Shown one piece after another: positions 49,812 through 59,831 of a DNA stretch of 64,000 bases (positions are counted from its first letter, which is position 1; the number at the start of each line of letters is the position of its first letter). The stretch covers positions 32,001 through 96,000 of the forward strand of contig JBEKWR010000006.1 in assembly GCA_049512935.1 (NCBI GenBank). The letters are read 5' to 3'. A program made the position numbers and the translations under genes. A model generated the notes under the pieces. That model did not search any database. It worked only from the letters and a program-made list of their open reading frames with translations, and had not been told where the DNA came from. This DNA comes from Candidatus Bathyarchaeia archaeon. Lineage in GTDB: Archaea; Thermoproteota; Bathyarchaeia; Bathyarchaeales; Bathycorpusculaceae.

Positions 49812-50051
49812 ATGGAAGGAATGATAATGTCGAATCAAGTAACCATCAAGAATAGAAAGGCACTCAGGAACGCGTTGGCTGAAGTGTTCAGTGACAGAAT
49901 CAAAGAGTTGCCAAACGAACTACAGTACATCCTGCTGGATGACTTAGTCACAGCCTTTGAGAATCGCCTGTCAACCTTCACCAAGATCCAATCCAGCCAG
50001 TCCACCATAAACTTTGAGTTGGCAGTTGACAACGAAAAAGTCGTTGCTTAA
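49812..50051 (+). CDS. Small hypothetical protein
   Basis: Protein-like helical ORF downstream of a TATA-like element. Confidence 0.6.
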   Translation: MEGMIMSNQVTIKNRKALRNALAEVFSDRIKELPNELQYILLDDLVTAFENRLSTFTKIQSSQSTINFELAVDNEKVVA

Positions 50052-50198
50052 GAAGCAGCGGCTGCTCTTGCCGTACCAACCTAATGGACAATGGGTTTAC
50101 TGAAAGCATTCGCGTGAAAGGAGCCTCCTTTAGCCATCGAAAGATAGATTGCTTAGAGTCGCAATTGTAAGTCTCTAAGCCCAGAGGGATATTCGAGG

Positions 50199-50621
50199 TT
50201 GAAGTTAAGTTTCAAATGTGAAGTCTTAGCGTTCCTTTTCGGAGCATTAATAATACTTTTAGATTTCGGGGACGACCACACGGGTCCAACCATCGGGAAT
50301 TTAGACACCATTTTCGGACTGAAGCTTTGGCCCATGATGGACGTCATCTACCCGTTAGCCACCATCATCGTTTTCTTGGCTTACGGTCAAGCAAAAGGCA
50401 ACGGAGAATTGAGGTTCAACTCGAAAACCGTGCTGCCTCTGGTAGCGTTCGTGCTGGCGCTCTTCTTAATCAGCATTGACGATGTTTCGAGCGTTCTGAA
50501 CTTGGGATTGACGTTTCCACTGGCATACTGGATAGCGGCGATGTGGCTGTACCCAATCGTCTCGTTTATTGCGTTCTTCAGCTTCGGGCAGGCAAACGAG
50601 CAAGCAAGCAAAACAACATAG
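50199..50621 (+). CDS. Hypothetical four-TM protein
   Basis: Internal repeat (DD...YP.....F..FG). Confidence 0.65.
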   Translation: MKLSFKCEVLAFLFGALIILLDFGDDHTGPTIGNLDTIFGLKLWPMMDVIYPLATIIVFLAYGQAKGNGELRFNSKTVLPLVAFVLALFLISIDDVSSVLNLGLTFPLAYWIAAMWLYPIVSFIAFFSFGQANEQASKTT

Positions 50622-50756
50622 ACGCAATCGACAGTTCGCCGTGACCGCCGTTTTCAGGCTGGCGCGTGAAGGCTTTTTCAAATGGCTGAATATTGATTGT
50701 GAATTAGTAAGCTATAACTTGTTTAAGGGCACAAGAACTTCCAAGTAGGGCGATGC

Positions 50757-51578
50757 TTGTTGCAAACAAAGTTCGGCTCCGCTTCCGAGCCCCTGATTGA
50801 AACGTCTGCGCTCACTAAGCGGTTCGGCTCGGTTCAGGCTTTAACCGAATTGAACCTGCGGGTTATGCCAGGCGAAATTTATGGTTTGCTGGGTCCGAAC
50901 GGCGCAGGCAAAACGACAACGATCAAAACGATCCTTGGCTTGTCAGAGCCCACTTCAGGCTGGGTCAAGGTCTGCAGCTTTGATCCTGTGAAGAGCCCGA
51001 TTGAGGTCAAATCAAGAATCGGTTACGTGGCTGAAAACCCGATAGTTTACGATTCTTTGTCTCCCAGGGACTTCCTGGAGTTTGTGGCTTCCATCAGGAA
51101 AACCGATCAAGCCGCCGTTAACGGGTTAGTCGGACAATTGGCAAGCGCTTTTGACATGGCATCGTACTTCGACTCGCCGATAGCCACCCTTTCGCTCGGG
51201 ATGAAGCAGAAGGTCGCTTTGATCGCTTCGCTTATCCACCAACCCCCCGTGCTTCTGCTTGATGAGCCGCTCAACGGTTTGGACGCTAAGAGCAGCCGCA
51301 TCGTCAAGGAGTTGGTTTCTTTTCACGCTCAGAAAGGCGGCGCAGTCCTGTTCTCAACCCACATCATGCAGGTGGCTGAGCAGGTCTGCACAAGAATAGG
51401 CATAATATACCAGGGCAGAGTGATTGCCGAAGGAACCCTCGAAGAACTGAGAGGCAAAACCGAAGGCGGAGGCGGCACGCTGGAGGAGGTTTTCCTCAAG
51501 TTAACCCACGAGGAGGACGAGGTCGCCGATACGATGAGGATGCTGAGGGAGGCATTCTTCAAGAATGAAGCCAAGTGA
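50757..51578 (+). CDS. ABC transporter ATP-binding protein
   Basis: GPNGAGKTT, LSLGMKQK, LLLDEP. Confidence 0.95.
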   Translation: MLQTKFGSASEPLIETSALTKRFGSVQALTELNLRVMPGEIYGLLGPNGAGKTTTIKTILGLSEPTSGWVKVCSFDPVKSPIEVKSRIGYVAENPIVYDSLSPRDFLEFVASIRKTDQAAVNGLVGQLASAFDMASYFDSPIATLSLGMKQKVALIASLIHQPPVLLLDEPLNGLDAKSSRIVKELVSFHAQKGGAVLFSTHIMQVAEQVCTRIGIIYQGRVIAEGTLEELRGKTEGGGGTLEEVFLKLTHEEDEVADTMRMLREAFFKNEAK

Positions 51579-53187
51579 AGCCTGGCGCCTGAGCAGGATA
51601 CCCTACCGAGAAATGGTTTACCGCTCGCTCGCTGAAGAGAGAGGGCGCATGTGGTGGGGCGCGTTCGGACGCAACCGCCCGGGAAAGGAAGCCCAGGACG
51701 ACTTGGAATTGACCAAGAGGGCGCTTCGAATCGCCAAGTTCGACAAGTCGGTCGTGGCGGTTTTCAACGTTATTGTTTCGCTGGCTCCTTTCGCCTCGCT
51801 TTTTCTCGGCGGCTCAGGGTTCGGGTTGACAAGCGCCATCTCGTTAAGTTTAGCCGTCACCTTCGGGTTCACGACGCTTTACGCGATTCAGACTCTTTCA
51901 TCGTTCATGAGCCCGGAATCTTCAGCGTTACTGTCAACTATGCCTTTGGAACGCGACGATTTCTCGCTTATAACCCTGTTCTCCTTCATCCGATCCTTCG
52001 ACTACATGGTGATAGGCGCAATCATCAGCCAAGTCGCGTTGGTGGCTTACTTAACCGCGTCGCCCACGGCAACCTTGATCATGCTTTTAGCCTCCGCTAT
52101 GAACGCCGTGTTCGCCGTTGCCGTCGCTCTTTGGTTCTCAAGAATTTTCCAGAGGAACATGCTGAGGGGCGGAAGATCGAAAGCCAACACGGCGCTGCGT
52201 TTGTTCTTCATTCTGATGTGGGGCTTGCTGCTTGTCGGCGTGGGCTTCCTCTTCAGCCTGCCATGGTACATCGTGCCCAACCTGCAATCCACGCTGCTCG
52301 GCGCCGGGCACGTTTGGAGTTCGCTTCTGGGTCTTCTTTACCCCTTCACGTCAGGCATAATCATAACGGGCGCAGTTTCCAGCAGCGTGACGTTCGCAAC
52401 CATACTTTTGGCGTGCGCTGCCATGGTGGGTTACGGCTTGCTTGCGGTTTTCGCTGGCAAATGGAGTTTAGGAACGGTGAGGCGCGTGTCGCAGGGAGCC
52501 GGCGTGAACGTTGCTCGGGTTGCGGCGCGGGACTTTTCAGTGAAAACGCGCGGTCCACTGCTGGGCTACGTTTACAAAGACCTCAAGGCGGCTTCCAGAA
52601 ACCCCGCTACCGCCTTCTTCTTTGCCCTGCCCGTCCTTGAAACCGTCATCATAACCCTGCTTGACTCCAACTTCGGAACGTTGCGGACAGTCCTGGTGCT
52701 TGTCGGCACTTCTCTGGGCGGAGTCTTCGCGCTGTTTCTGCCCCTTGCGCTCTTAAGCGCGGAGGGAAAAGGATTGGAGTACACCAAAACCCTCCCGATC
52801 AGCCCCCGCAGAATCGTCGTTCCGAAGGCGTTGATTGCCACGGCGACCTACGTTCCCGTGCCGTTAGCCTTAGCTGTTATATCCCTCTTTAAACCGTTGA
52901 CTTCGCCCGCCGCAATTCTCATACCCGTTTTAACCACGCTGGCGGTGGCTTCAGCAAGCGTCTTTGAAATCAAACTCTTCCTAAGAACAGCCGCGAGCGG
53001 AAAAATAGCCTCAGTCATCAACGACTTCGAAAAACTAACAGTTGGAATGCTCATCATTCTGGTTCCCGAGGTCGCGTATGCCGCAACGTTTCTTGCAACG
53101 TTCAACCACGCTTTCTCCCTTTCGGCTATGGGCGGGGCGGCGCTGGCGGAACTTGCAGTGGCTTTTTACGTGCTTAGGCGGTCTTAG
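51565..53187 (+). CDS. ABC transporter permease
   Basis: About 12 TMs; overlaps the ATPase gene. Confidence 0.8.
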   Translation: MKPSEAWRLSRIPYREMVYRSLAEERGRMWWGAFGRNRPGKEAQDDLELTKRALRIAKFDKSVVAVFNVIVSLAPFASLFLGGSGFGLTSAISLSLAVTFGFTTLYAIQTLSSFMSPESSALLSTMPLERDDFSLITLFSFIRSFDYMVIGAIISQVALVAYLTASPTATLIMLLASAMNAVFAVAVALWFSRIFQRNMLRGGRSKANTALRLFFILMWGLLLVGVGFLFSLPWYIVPNLQSTLLGAGHVWSSLLGLLYPFTSGIIITGAVSSSVTFATILLACAAMVGYGLLAVFAGKWSLGTVRRVSQGAGVNVARVAARDFSVKTRGPLLGYVYKDLKAASRNPATAFFFALPVLETVIITLLDSNFGTLRTVLVLVGTSLGGVFALFLPLALLSAEGKGLEYTKTLPISPRRIVVPKALIATATYVPVPLALAVISLFKPLTSPAAILIPVLTTLAVASASVFEIKLFLRTAASGKIASVINDFEKLTVGMLIILVPEVAYAATFLATFNHAFSLSAMGGAALAELAVAFYVLRRS

Positions 53188-53393
53188 CGGAAGAAAGAGG
53201 CTTGGAACGCCCCGTCAAAGTTGTCTTGACGCGCTGGAACAAACTCGGCTTAGGCGAAGCGAAGGCAAGATATGTTAAATTGCCTGAAAAACTTATATTT
53301 TAAGGCACAAGACTTGTTCGTTTAGGAACTGGTGAATTCAAAACGGCTACAGCCTCAAAACCGCCTTTGCACAAAGGAAAACCGTGATTTTCC

Positions 53394-54158
53394 ATGATTG
53401 ACCAAAGCACAGTTCTCCTATTCATCACTGTGGCGTTAGCAAGCGCGGTTGAGGCAACTGAGGCTCTCACCATCCTTCTGGCAGCGGGCATAACGCGGGG
53501 CTGGCGTTCCACGTTTGAGGGCGCCCTGCTTGCCATTGCCTGTTTAGCCTTAATCGTGTTGGCAGTCGGCACCGCGCTTATTCGCTACGTCCCTCTTTAC
53601 GCCTTGCGAACGGTTGTCGGGATACTGCTGCTTATCTTTGGGTTGCAGTGGCTCACCAAAGCCATCCTCCGCCAGACAGGATTCAAGGCAGCGCATGATG
53701 AACACGACATCTACGACAAGGAGGTGGCAGCCCTCAGCAAGGAGGCAGGCATTCGTGGAAGGCGGGATTCCTTGGCTTTCGCGGTGAGCTTCAAAGGCGT
53801 GCTTCTGGAAGGTATGGAAGTAGTTATGATCGTAATCAGCTTCGGCTTAGCCACCAAAAGCGGTAACCAGCTTGAAACCGCAACGTTAGGAGCCTTTCTC
53901 GGAGTAGCGGTTATGACGGCTGCCGCGGCGGTGATTGCGAAGCCGCTTGCCAGGGTGCCTGAGAACTACATGAAGCTGGGAGTCGGCGACCTGCTGACGA
54001 CTTTCGGGTTGTTCTGGATGGGCGAAGGAGTCGGCGTCCAATGGCCCCTCGGCGACGCGTTCCTGCCTGTGCTATTGGCGATAATCTTCCTGACCACAGT
54101 GGGGTTAATCGCTTACTTCAGGCGGGTTCACAAGAGAGAAATGGAGGCTGCCGCCTAA
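53394..54158 (+). CDS. COG4280-like membrane protein (FTR1/GDT1-related)
   Basis: VEATEALTI and LLEGMEVV repeated ExxE motifs. Confidence 0.75.
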   Translation: MIDQSTVLLFITVALASAVEATEALTILLAAGITRGWRSTFEGALLAIACLALIVLAVGTALIRYVPLYALRTVVGILLLIFGLQWLTKAILRQTGFKAAHDEHDIYDKEVAALSKEAGIRGRRDSLAFAVSFKGVLLEGMEVVMIVISFGLATKSGNQLETATLGAFLGVAVMTAAAAVIAKPLARVPENYMKLGVGDLLTTFGLFWMGEGVGVQWPLGDAFLPVLLAIIFLTTVGLIAYFRRVHKREMEAAA

Positions 54159-54403
54159 TGTCCACCTACAAAACGTCGAGCAAAATCTGGAAAGCCGTCA
54201 AAGGCTTCTTCGGATTTTGGAAGGACTTTCTAGTCGGCGACTCCCCAGTTCTGGCGCTGGGCGCAGTAATCATCTTAGCCGTCGCTTACCTCCTCCGCAG
54301 CTCAGCCGTCTTGGCGCCTGCCGTAGCCGTCGTTTTGGTGCTGGTTCTAATCACGTTTACCGTGTGGCAGAAAACTTGGAAACGACGCCGACTGCGACCT
54401 TAA
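54158..54403 (+). CDS. Small membrane protein coupled to the COG4280 gene
   Basis: TAATG stop/start overlap; FWKDFLVGD plus two TMs. Confidence 0.7.
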   Translation: MSTYKTSSKIWKAVKGFFGFWKDFLVGDSPVLALGAVIILAVAYLLRSSAVLAPAVAVVLVLVLITFTVWQKTWKRRRLRP

Positions 54404-54551
54404 GTGGCGGGGGTTCAGCCTTCAGGTCTTTCCGTTTCAGGTCCTTTTTCTTGGGCTTTCTGCTGGGTCGTTTTTTCGAGTGTTAACGCCCAGTTGGTGA
54501 AGCAGTCCCACAGCAGGCTCGACTCGCTCTGGGTTTCTGTTTCGCCGTTGC

Positions 54552-55367
54552 TCATATGGTCGCCTTGAGGTACCTGTTGAAGAAGTCTAAAGCCATGGTC
54601 CACGCATCTTCAGCTGCGGCTTTGTTGTATGAGGGTCTGTTCTCGTTGAAGAAGGCGTGCTGCGTTCCCTGATAGACCTTCAGTTGAAACGTCTTCTTGT
54701 TCGCAATCATGCTTTCAACCAGCGCCGTGACGCCACAAGTTATCCTCTGGTCCTCCCCAGCGTAGATTCCGAACACGGGACCGCTGATTTTAGCGACGGA
54801 TTCCAACGGTCTAGGGTTCGCGCCGTAGAAAGGAACAGCAGCCTTGAACGGGTACAAAGTTGCAAGCTGGTAAGACAAGCCGCCTCCGAGGCAGAACCCC
54901 GTGATTCCAAGCCGCTCGCCGTCCACGACCTTCAGGCTTTTAGCGTAGTCTACGCAGCACAGAAGGTCCTCCGCCATCGTTTTTTCCGCGGCTTCCCGCC
55001 CTGCAAAGAAAAAGTTCATCACTTTTCGGTCGTTCTCAGGCAGGCTTTCCATGAGCGCTTTCATCGCGGCTGGGTCGTTGCGTTTTTCAGGCGGAACCTG
55101 CCACATGCGCATCATCGCCTTCTCGATTGCTTGCTCGGTCAGGTCTTTTTCTCGGCTGAAAAGGTGCGGAGCGACGGCGACGAAGCCTTGCTGCGCGTAC
55201 CTGTTCGCGACGCCTTTGATCTGCTCGTTGAGCCCCCACGCTTCGTGGACAACAATAATCGCGGGGTAAATGCCTTCGGGTTTGGGGATGGCTACGTAAG
55301 CCGCCATGTCTGCGCCGTCAGGACACTTGAAGGTTACAATTTGGTTAGAGAATTCCATAAAGGTCAA
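54552..55367 (-). CDS. Dienelactone hydrolase family
   Basis: HEAWGL, GFCLGG, HAFFN. Confidence 0.92.
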   Translation of the reverse strand: MTFMEFSNQIVTFKCPDGADMAAYVAIPKPEGIYPAIIVVHEAWGLNEQIKGVANRYAQQGFVAVAPHLFSREKDLTEQAIEKAMMRMWQVPPEKRNDPAAMKALMESLPENDRKVMNFFFAGREAAEKTMAEDLLCCVDYAKSLKVVDGERLGITGFCLGGGLSYQLATLYPFKAAVPFYGANPRPLESVAKISGPVFGIYAGEDQRITCGVTALVESMIANKKTFQLKVYQGTQHAFFNENRPSYNKAAAEDAWTMALDFFNRYLKATI

Positions 55368-55445
55368 ACTAAATTTTTAGCAGGTAAATATTTAACTGTT
55401 CCTACCTCACGAAGAAGCCCAACGGTCCGCTTCGAAACGGATTGG

Positions 55446-56015
55446 TCACTTGGCAATCAAGACAGCCACGTAGCACTTCAAATCATCCCTGTCCAAAAAA
55501 GAAGCAACCTGCAAAGACGTGCCCTCAAGAAAATCCACGAACGTTTCCAGCGGAAAAGCCTTCTTCAACCCAGTCACGACCACGATTCCGCCCGCCGCAA
55601 CCACCCTTTTCAGTTCGCCCAGCGTTTGCGACGGGTCAGGCATGTTCTGAAGCACCGTGAACGTGAAAACGGCGTCGAAAAAGCCGTTGCTGAAAGGCAA
55701 GTGGTCAGCGTCAGCCTGCAAAACGAAAACGTTTCCCGCCATCTTCGCCTCACCTCTGGCTTTAAGCAGCAGCCTACGTGAAACGTCAACAGCCACGACC
55801 ACGCTTGCGCAAGAAGCAACATGGCTGAAAAACAGTCCCGAGCCGCATCCGACATCCAAAACGGCGCCGCCTGCCACCGTGACGTTTTCCAGTGCCGCCC
55901 TGTACTTTGCCCGCTGCTCCTCCGCGTAGCGCTCCTCGTACATGTCAGCCGTCAAATCGTACCGCCGCATCACCCTGCGCTTCTCTCTCCAGCCTGCCAC
56001 GTGGGTTTCCTTCAA
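55446..56015 (-). CDS. Class I SAM methyltransferase
   Basis: VLDVGCGSG, ADADHLPF. Confidence 0.9.
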   Translation of the reverse strand: MKETHVAGWREKRRVMRRYDLTADMYEERYAEEQRAKYRAALENVTVAGGAVLDVGCGSGLFFSHVASCASVVVAVDVSRRLLLKARGEAKMAGNVFVLQADADHLPFSNGFFDAVFTFTVLQNMPDPSQTLGELKRVVAAGGIVVVTGLKKAFPLETFVDFLEGTSLQVASFLDRDDLKCYVAVLIAK

Positions 56016-56063
56016 GAAATCTTATGTACCCAAGCACTGTCTAAAATAGTTGGCTGAAAAACC

Positions 56064-56849
56064 TTGCAACAACCCAACAAACTCAACGTGCTAACCAAAC
56101 CCACGCTGGCACAAGCGGCAGCGCTGATTGAGCGGGCGTTCGCTCAGAGAAGAACCCTCATCGTCGCGGGCACTTGCAGCGTACACTACGTCGGCAGAGC
56201 AAACAGCACGCTTGAAGCTGGCGAACGCATATTAATCATCAAATCTGACGGGTCGCTTCTTGTCCACCGCCCAGTCGGGTACGAACCAGTCAACTGGCAG
56301 CCCTCGGGAAGCATCTTCCACGTCCAAGCCAAAGACGAAAGCCACCTTGAAATCCACGGAGTCAGGCAGAAACCCAGAGAAAACGTCAAAGTAACCTTCA
56401 GCAACATCCTTATGGTTTCAGCCTTAGCATTAGAAGATTCAGGCGAGTTTGTTCTAAACGCATCCGAAGACGACATGCACCGCGCCATCCTTCTTAAACC
56501 AGAACTTCTCGAAGAAGGCTTCAAACCCATCAGTTGGGAAAAGAAAGTTGAGCCAGGCTTTGTGGACGTTTACGGCGAAGACAAGAACGGGCGTCTGGTA
56601 GTTGTTGAGGTTAAGCGGAAAACTGCGGGAAAAGAGGCTGTCTTGCAGCTTTCGCGGTACATTGAGGCGATTAAGGGGAAGGCGAATCGTGAACTGCGCG
56701 GCGTGCTGGTGGCTCCGAGCCTAGGCAAAGATGTTCAGAGGATGCTGGCAACGTTGGGGTTGGAGTTTAAGGCGCTTGACCCTAAACAGTGCGCGGAAGT
56801 GCTGAAAAAGGCAGAGAACACAAGGTTAGAATCTTTCTTTAAAAAATAA
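56064..56849 (+). CDS. nucS: Mismatch endonuclease NucS/EndoMS
   Basis: YVGRA, K.DGSLLVH, PVNWQP, VVVEVKR, QLSRY. Confidence 0.95.
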   Translation: MQQPNKLNVLTKPTLAQAAALIERAFAQRRTLIVAGTCSVHYVGRANSTLEAGERILIIKSDGSLLVHRPVGYEPVNWQPSGSIFHVQAKDESHLEIHGVRQKPRENVKVTFSNILMVSALALEDSGEFVLNASEDDMHRAILLKPELLEEGFKPISWEKKVEPGFVDVYGEDKNGRLVVVEVKRKTAGKEAVLQLSRYIEAIKGKANRELRGVLVAPSLGKDVQRMLATLGLEFKALDPKQCAEVLKKAENTRLESFFKK

Positions 56850-57013
56850 CCATAATTTAATCCGTTTTCAAGAGTTTTTCCCCGCTGTTCAGCCATTTAA
56901 CAATGTCCACGGTTTACATTGATACGTGAATTCGTTAGCGTATGCATTAGCTATCAAATTAAGAAAATAGTAACTTGAGCCGCTTAGGCTGAATCCACTG
57001 TTGATTTTGCGGG

Positions 57014-57475
57014 TTAAGCCCTTGCTCTGTTAGATCCAGTTAACAAACCTGCAAACCCCACAAAAAATACGTAGATGCATGCAATGGAGTAAAAGGCATA
57101 TGGTATCAATAAATCATAAACAAAGGTGCTGGGGCTGTAGAAGTTCGAATAAAAGTCTTGATAATATTCAAGGGCTTCAAAGGTTCTCAACCATTCGCCA
57201 ACAAAGAAACCTGCAAAAAAACCGATGAAGCATGAAACAAAAAGAAGAAACACAACTGACTTTAGTTTCGTAGAAGCGCCTGTTGATCGCCCGAAAAACC
57301 TGAAGACAAAAAAGGGGAACACGGTTGAAAACAGAAGCATAAAGGCGCCATACATCATTGCCCATGCTGGAATTGATAAGTTGAATTGCTCTTGAAAATA
57401 GTAGGGGTCGACGAAAACGCCAGTTGCAAAGGAAAACGAGAACCCGGCAATAGCTACTTTCACTGCCAATTTCAT
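57014..57475 (-). CDS. Phe-rich hypothetical membrane protein
   Basis: Four TMs; resembles 57472-57867. Confidence 0.6.
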   Translation of the reverse strand: MKLAVKVAIAGFSFSFATGVFVDPYYFQEQFNLSIPAWAMMYGAFMLLFSTVFPFFVFRFFGRSTGASTKLKSVVFLLFVSCFIGFFAGFFVGEWLRTFEALEYYQDFYSNFYSPSTFVYDLLIPYAFYSIACIYVFFVGFAGLLTGSNRARA

Positions 57476-57867
57476 GTTGACTCGCCGAGACGTTTTCTTG
57501 CTGCTAACTCTAAAGCGGAGAATTGTACGAAAAAGATGAATAGATATGGGAAGAACAAAGGTATGTAAAAGAAGAAGCTAGGCATAAAAGTTGAAAACAA
57601 GATTTCTAACATGTTGAATTGGATGGCTGAACCTGCAAAATAACCACCTACAGTCGAAAGTAACAGAAAAATAATCGTCACCTTGGAGAGGGCAAAAAAA
57701 GCAGGATTTTTGCCTAACTGGTAGAAGACTATGAAGGGGACAACTATGGTGATGACTTCCATCAAAATGCTAAATGGAAAAAAATAAAAAAAGGCAAAAT
57801 TCGTAACGGAAGTAATGGTAAACGAAAGCAGAAAAGCGACTAAACAGATTTTTTGGCTAAACTGCAT
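57472..57867 (-). CDS. Phe-rich hypothetical membrane protein
   Basis: Four TMs; ATGA overlap with the next gene. Confidence 0.6.
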   Translation of the reverse strand: MQFSQKICLVAFLLSFTITSVTNFAFFYFFPFSILMEVITIVVPFIVFYQLGKNPAFFALSKVTIIFLLLSTVGGYFAGSAIQFNMLEILFSTFMPSFFFYIPLFFPYLFIFFVQFSALELAARKRLGEST

Positions 57868-57977
57868 GTTTGACCAAGTTATCTTTACTGCCTAATTATT
57901 TTTGTGTTTTTCGTCATTTGCCGCCCCGCCAACAAGAAAACCTAGCTCGCCTGTGCCTACATCTTAACGAAGAAAGT

Positions 57978-58020
57978 TGCTGAAAAAGGCGGAGAGCACC
58001 AAGCTTGAATCGTTTTTTAA
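57978..58020 (+). repeat. Degenerate duplicate of nucS 3' end
   Basis: tgctgaaaaaggcggagagcaccaagcttgaatcgtttttt vs 56800-56840 tgctgaaaaaggcagagaacacaaggttagaatctttcttt. Confidence 0.75.
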
Positions 58021-59720
58021 TGATGAGTAACTGTCCCATTTTCGATCCACGTGTTCACGGAAGGGGAATCTAAAATTTGAGCTCCCAAATCCCAGAAGTC
58101 AGTTGCGCCCAAAAAAATGTTCGAGTCAAAAGTGTTGTTGTTGAATTTGGATATTTCCGCGGCATGCTCTTGGCTGGTAACAATGTTGTTTGAAAGAGTG
58201 TTGTTTGAGGCGTTGTCAAGTTGAAGACCTGTGAAAAAATTGTTGACTACGTTATTGCTTAGGTTGTTGAAGTAGGATTCGAATAATTCTACTCCGTAGC
58301 TTCCGCGCTCTGTGCTAAACGTGTTATTGCTTATCTGATTGTAGTTTGATTCATCGTTTATGTTGATTCCCGGCGCGGTTAACCCAAAATCGTTTGATTG
58401 CACGAAGTTGTATGATGAATTTTCAAGGTCTATTGCGGTTATTGCTCCAACGTTTGCAACCTGAGAATTATTCACGATGTTGCAGTCATTTGATAATTGG
58501 AGAAGGATTCCTTTAGGCAAAGAATTGATGAGCGGGTTTTGTAAAGAATTTCCGTCGATGTTGCAGTTGCTCGAATCTGAAATGCTAATGAAGGTGGAAT
58601 CATTTTGTTCAATGTTGTTGTTAAGCACAAGGATGTTGGTTGACGCCTCAACTGAGATGCCTATGTTGCTGTTTTGTGATACGTCATTGTTGGAAACCGT
58701 GCAGCCGCTGGAGAATTGAACCCAGACGCCCTCGTAGCTGCTGGAAATGATGTTGTTGGTGACGGCTGAGTTAACCGTTTTAACTAAGTGTATGCCGCCG
58801 TAGCTGTTGGTTATGTCAAGGTTTTGAACGGTAACGTCGTTGCAGTTCACGAGAATTAGTGCGCCCAAGTTTGGGTAAGAAGCTGAGTCTATCGTCAGTT
58901 GACTCTTGCCGATCAGGTAGTACACTGATTTGCCGTTAACGGTGTTCGATGAGTCAACGTTGTTTAAGAATAAGGAGGGATCGTCACCTGTCGCTCCAAA
59001 GTTGCACGTGTTATTGTACATGCTGTTGTTCCTCAAAGTGTTCCCTGTCGAGGATTCAAGCAGCATCCCGTTGTAACCGTTAAACGCCGTGTTTCCAGTG
59101 ATAAGGTTTTGAGTGGACGAATCTACCAGAACGCCGTAGTTGTTGCCTGAAAGCTGGTTGTCAAAGACCTGGTTGTCTGAGCCGCCGTAAACCCAAACTC
59201 CCTTTCCGCAGTTAACCACCACATTGCCGAAAACTTTGCAGCCTTGAACGTTGAGCAGATGAATGCCTGGAAGCTGGTTGAGCGAAGCAGAGGGCGGCGG
59301 CGCACCCGCGACATTTCGGACCGTGAAACCCGTTATTGTAACGTTGTCACTTTCGACAAGAAAAGTTGGACCCATATTGTTTCCGTCAACAATGGTTGTT
59401 CCGTTATTTTCGCCCTCTAAAGTTAAGGGCTTGTCAACGGTTACGCTTTCAACGTAGAGTCCCTGCTTCACGAAAATCACTGCTCCCGCGGTGGCGTTGC
59501 CCACGGCAGCGCTGATTGTCGGGTAATCGTCAGGGACCGTTATGGTGGGCTTTCCGATTGCTGAAGATTCTTGGGGTGCAACGTTGCCGTTGTCGGAGGT
59601 GGCTGCGGGCGCGGTCGGGCTCTGAGGGCGGCTGCCCTCATGGTTTGAAGTTGCCAGCACCGCCACGGCTGAGAGCAACGTGATAACGCAAACGATTAAC
59701 GCAACAGTTCGCTTATGCAA
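58017..59720 (-). CDS. Secreted parallel beta-helix (NosD/CASH) protein
   Basis: VPDDYPTI, Asn-rich repeats, SNTVNGKSVYY. Confidence 0.9.
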   Translation of the reverse strand: MHKRTVALIVCVITLLSAVAVLATSNHEGSRPQSPTAPAATSDNGNVAPQESSAIGKPTITVPDDYPTISAAVGNATAGAVIFVKQGLYVESVTVDKPLTLEGENNGTTIVDGNNMGPTFLVESDNVTITGFTVRNVAGAPPPSASLNQLPGIHLLNVQGCKVFGNVVVNCGKGVWVYGGSDNQVFDNQLSGNNYGVLVDSSTQNLITGNTAFNGYNGMLLESSTGNTLRNNSMYNNTCNFGATGDDPSLFLNNVDSSNTVNGKSVYYLIGKSQLTIDSASYPNLGALILVNCNDVTVQNLDITNSYGGIHLVKTVNSAVTNNIISSSYEGVWVQFSSGCTVSNNDVSQNSNIGISVEASTNILVLNNNIEQNDSTFISISDSSNCNIDGNSLQNPLINSLPKGILLQLSNDCNIVNNSQVANVGAITAIDLENSSYNFVQSNDFGLTAPGININDESNYNQISNNTFSTERGSYGVELFESYFNNLSNNVVNNFFTGLQLDNASNNTLSNNIVTSQEHAAEISKFNNNTFDSNIFLGATDFWDLGAQILDSPSVNTWIENGTVTHH

Positions 59721-59769
59721 ACTTGGCTCCTCGAATACTTTCCTCCATTAATCCGTAAAAAGGGTTTTC

Positions 59770-59823
59770 GTCAAGGTTCCTTGACTAGCAAAAAACAAGA
59801 CTTAGTCAAGGTTTCTTGACTAA
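59770..59823. promoter_or_regulatory. Two palindromic operator-like sites
   Basis: GTCAAG-GTTC-CTTGAC (59770-59785) and TTAGTCAAG-GTTT-CTTGACTAA (59802-59823). Confidence 0.55.
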
Positions 59824-59831
59824 AACTGACC

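Noticed and set aside
53320-53393. Fluoride riboswitch upstream of the COG4280 gene
   Set aside because: Lacks the GAUG...GCUGAUG consensus.
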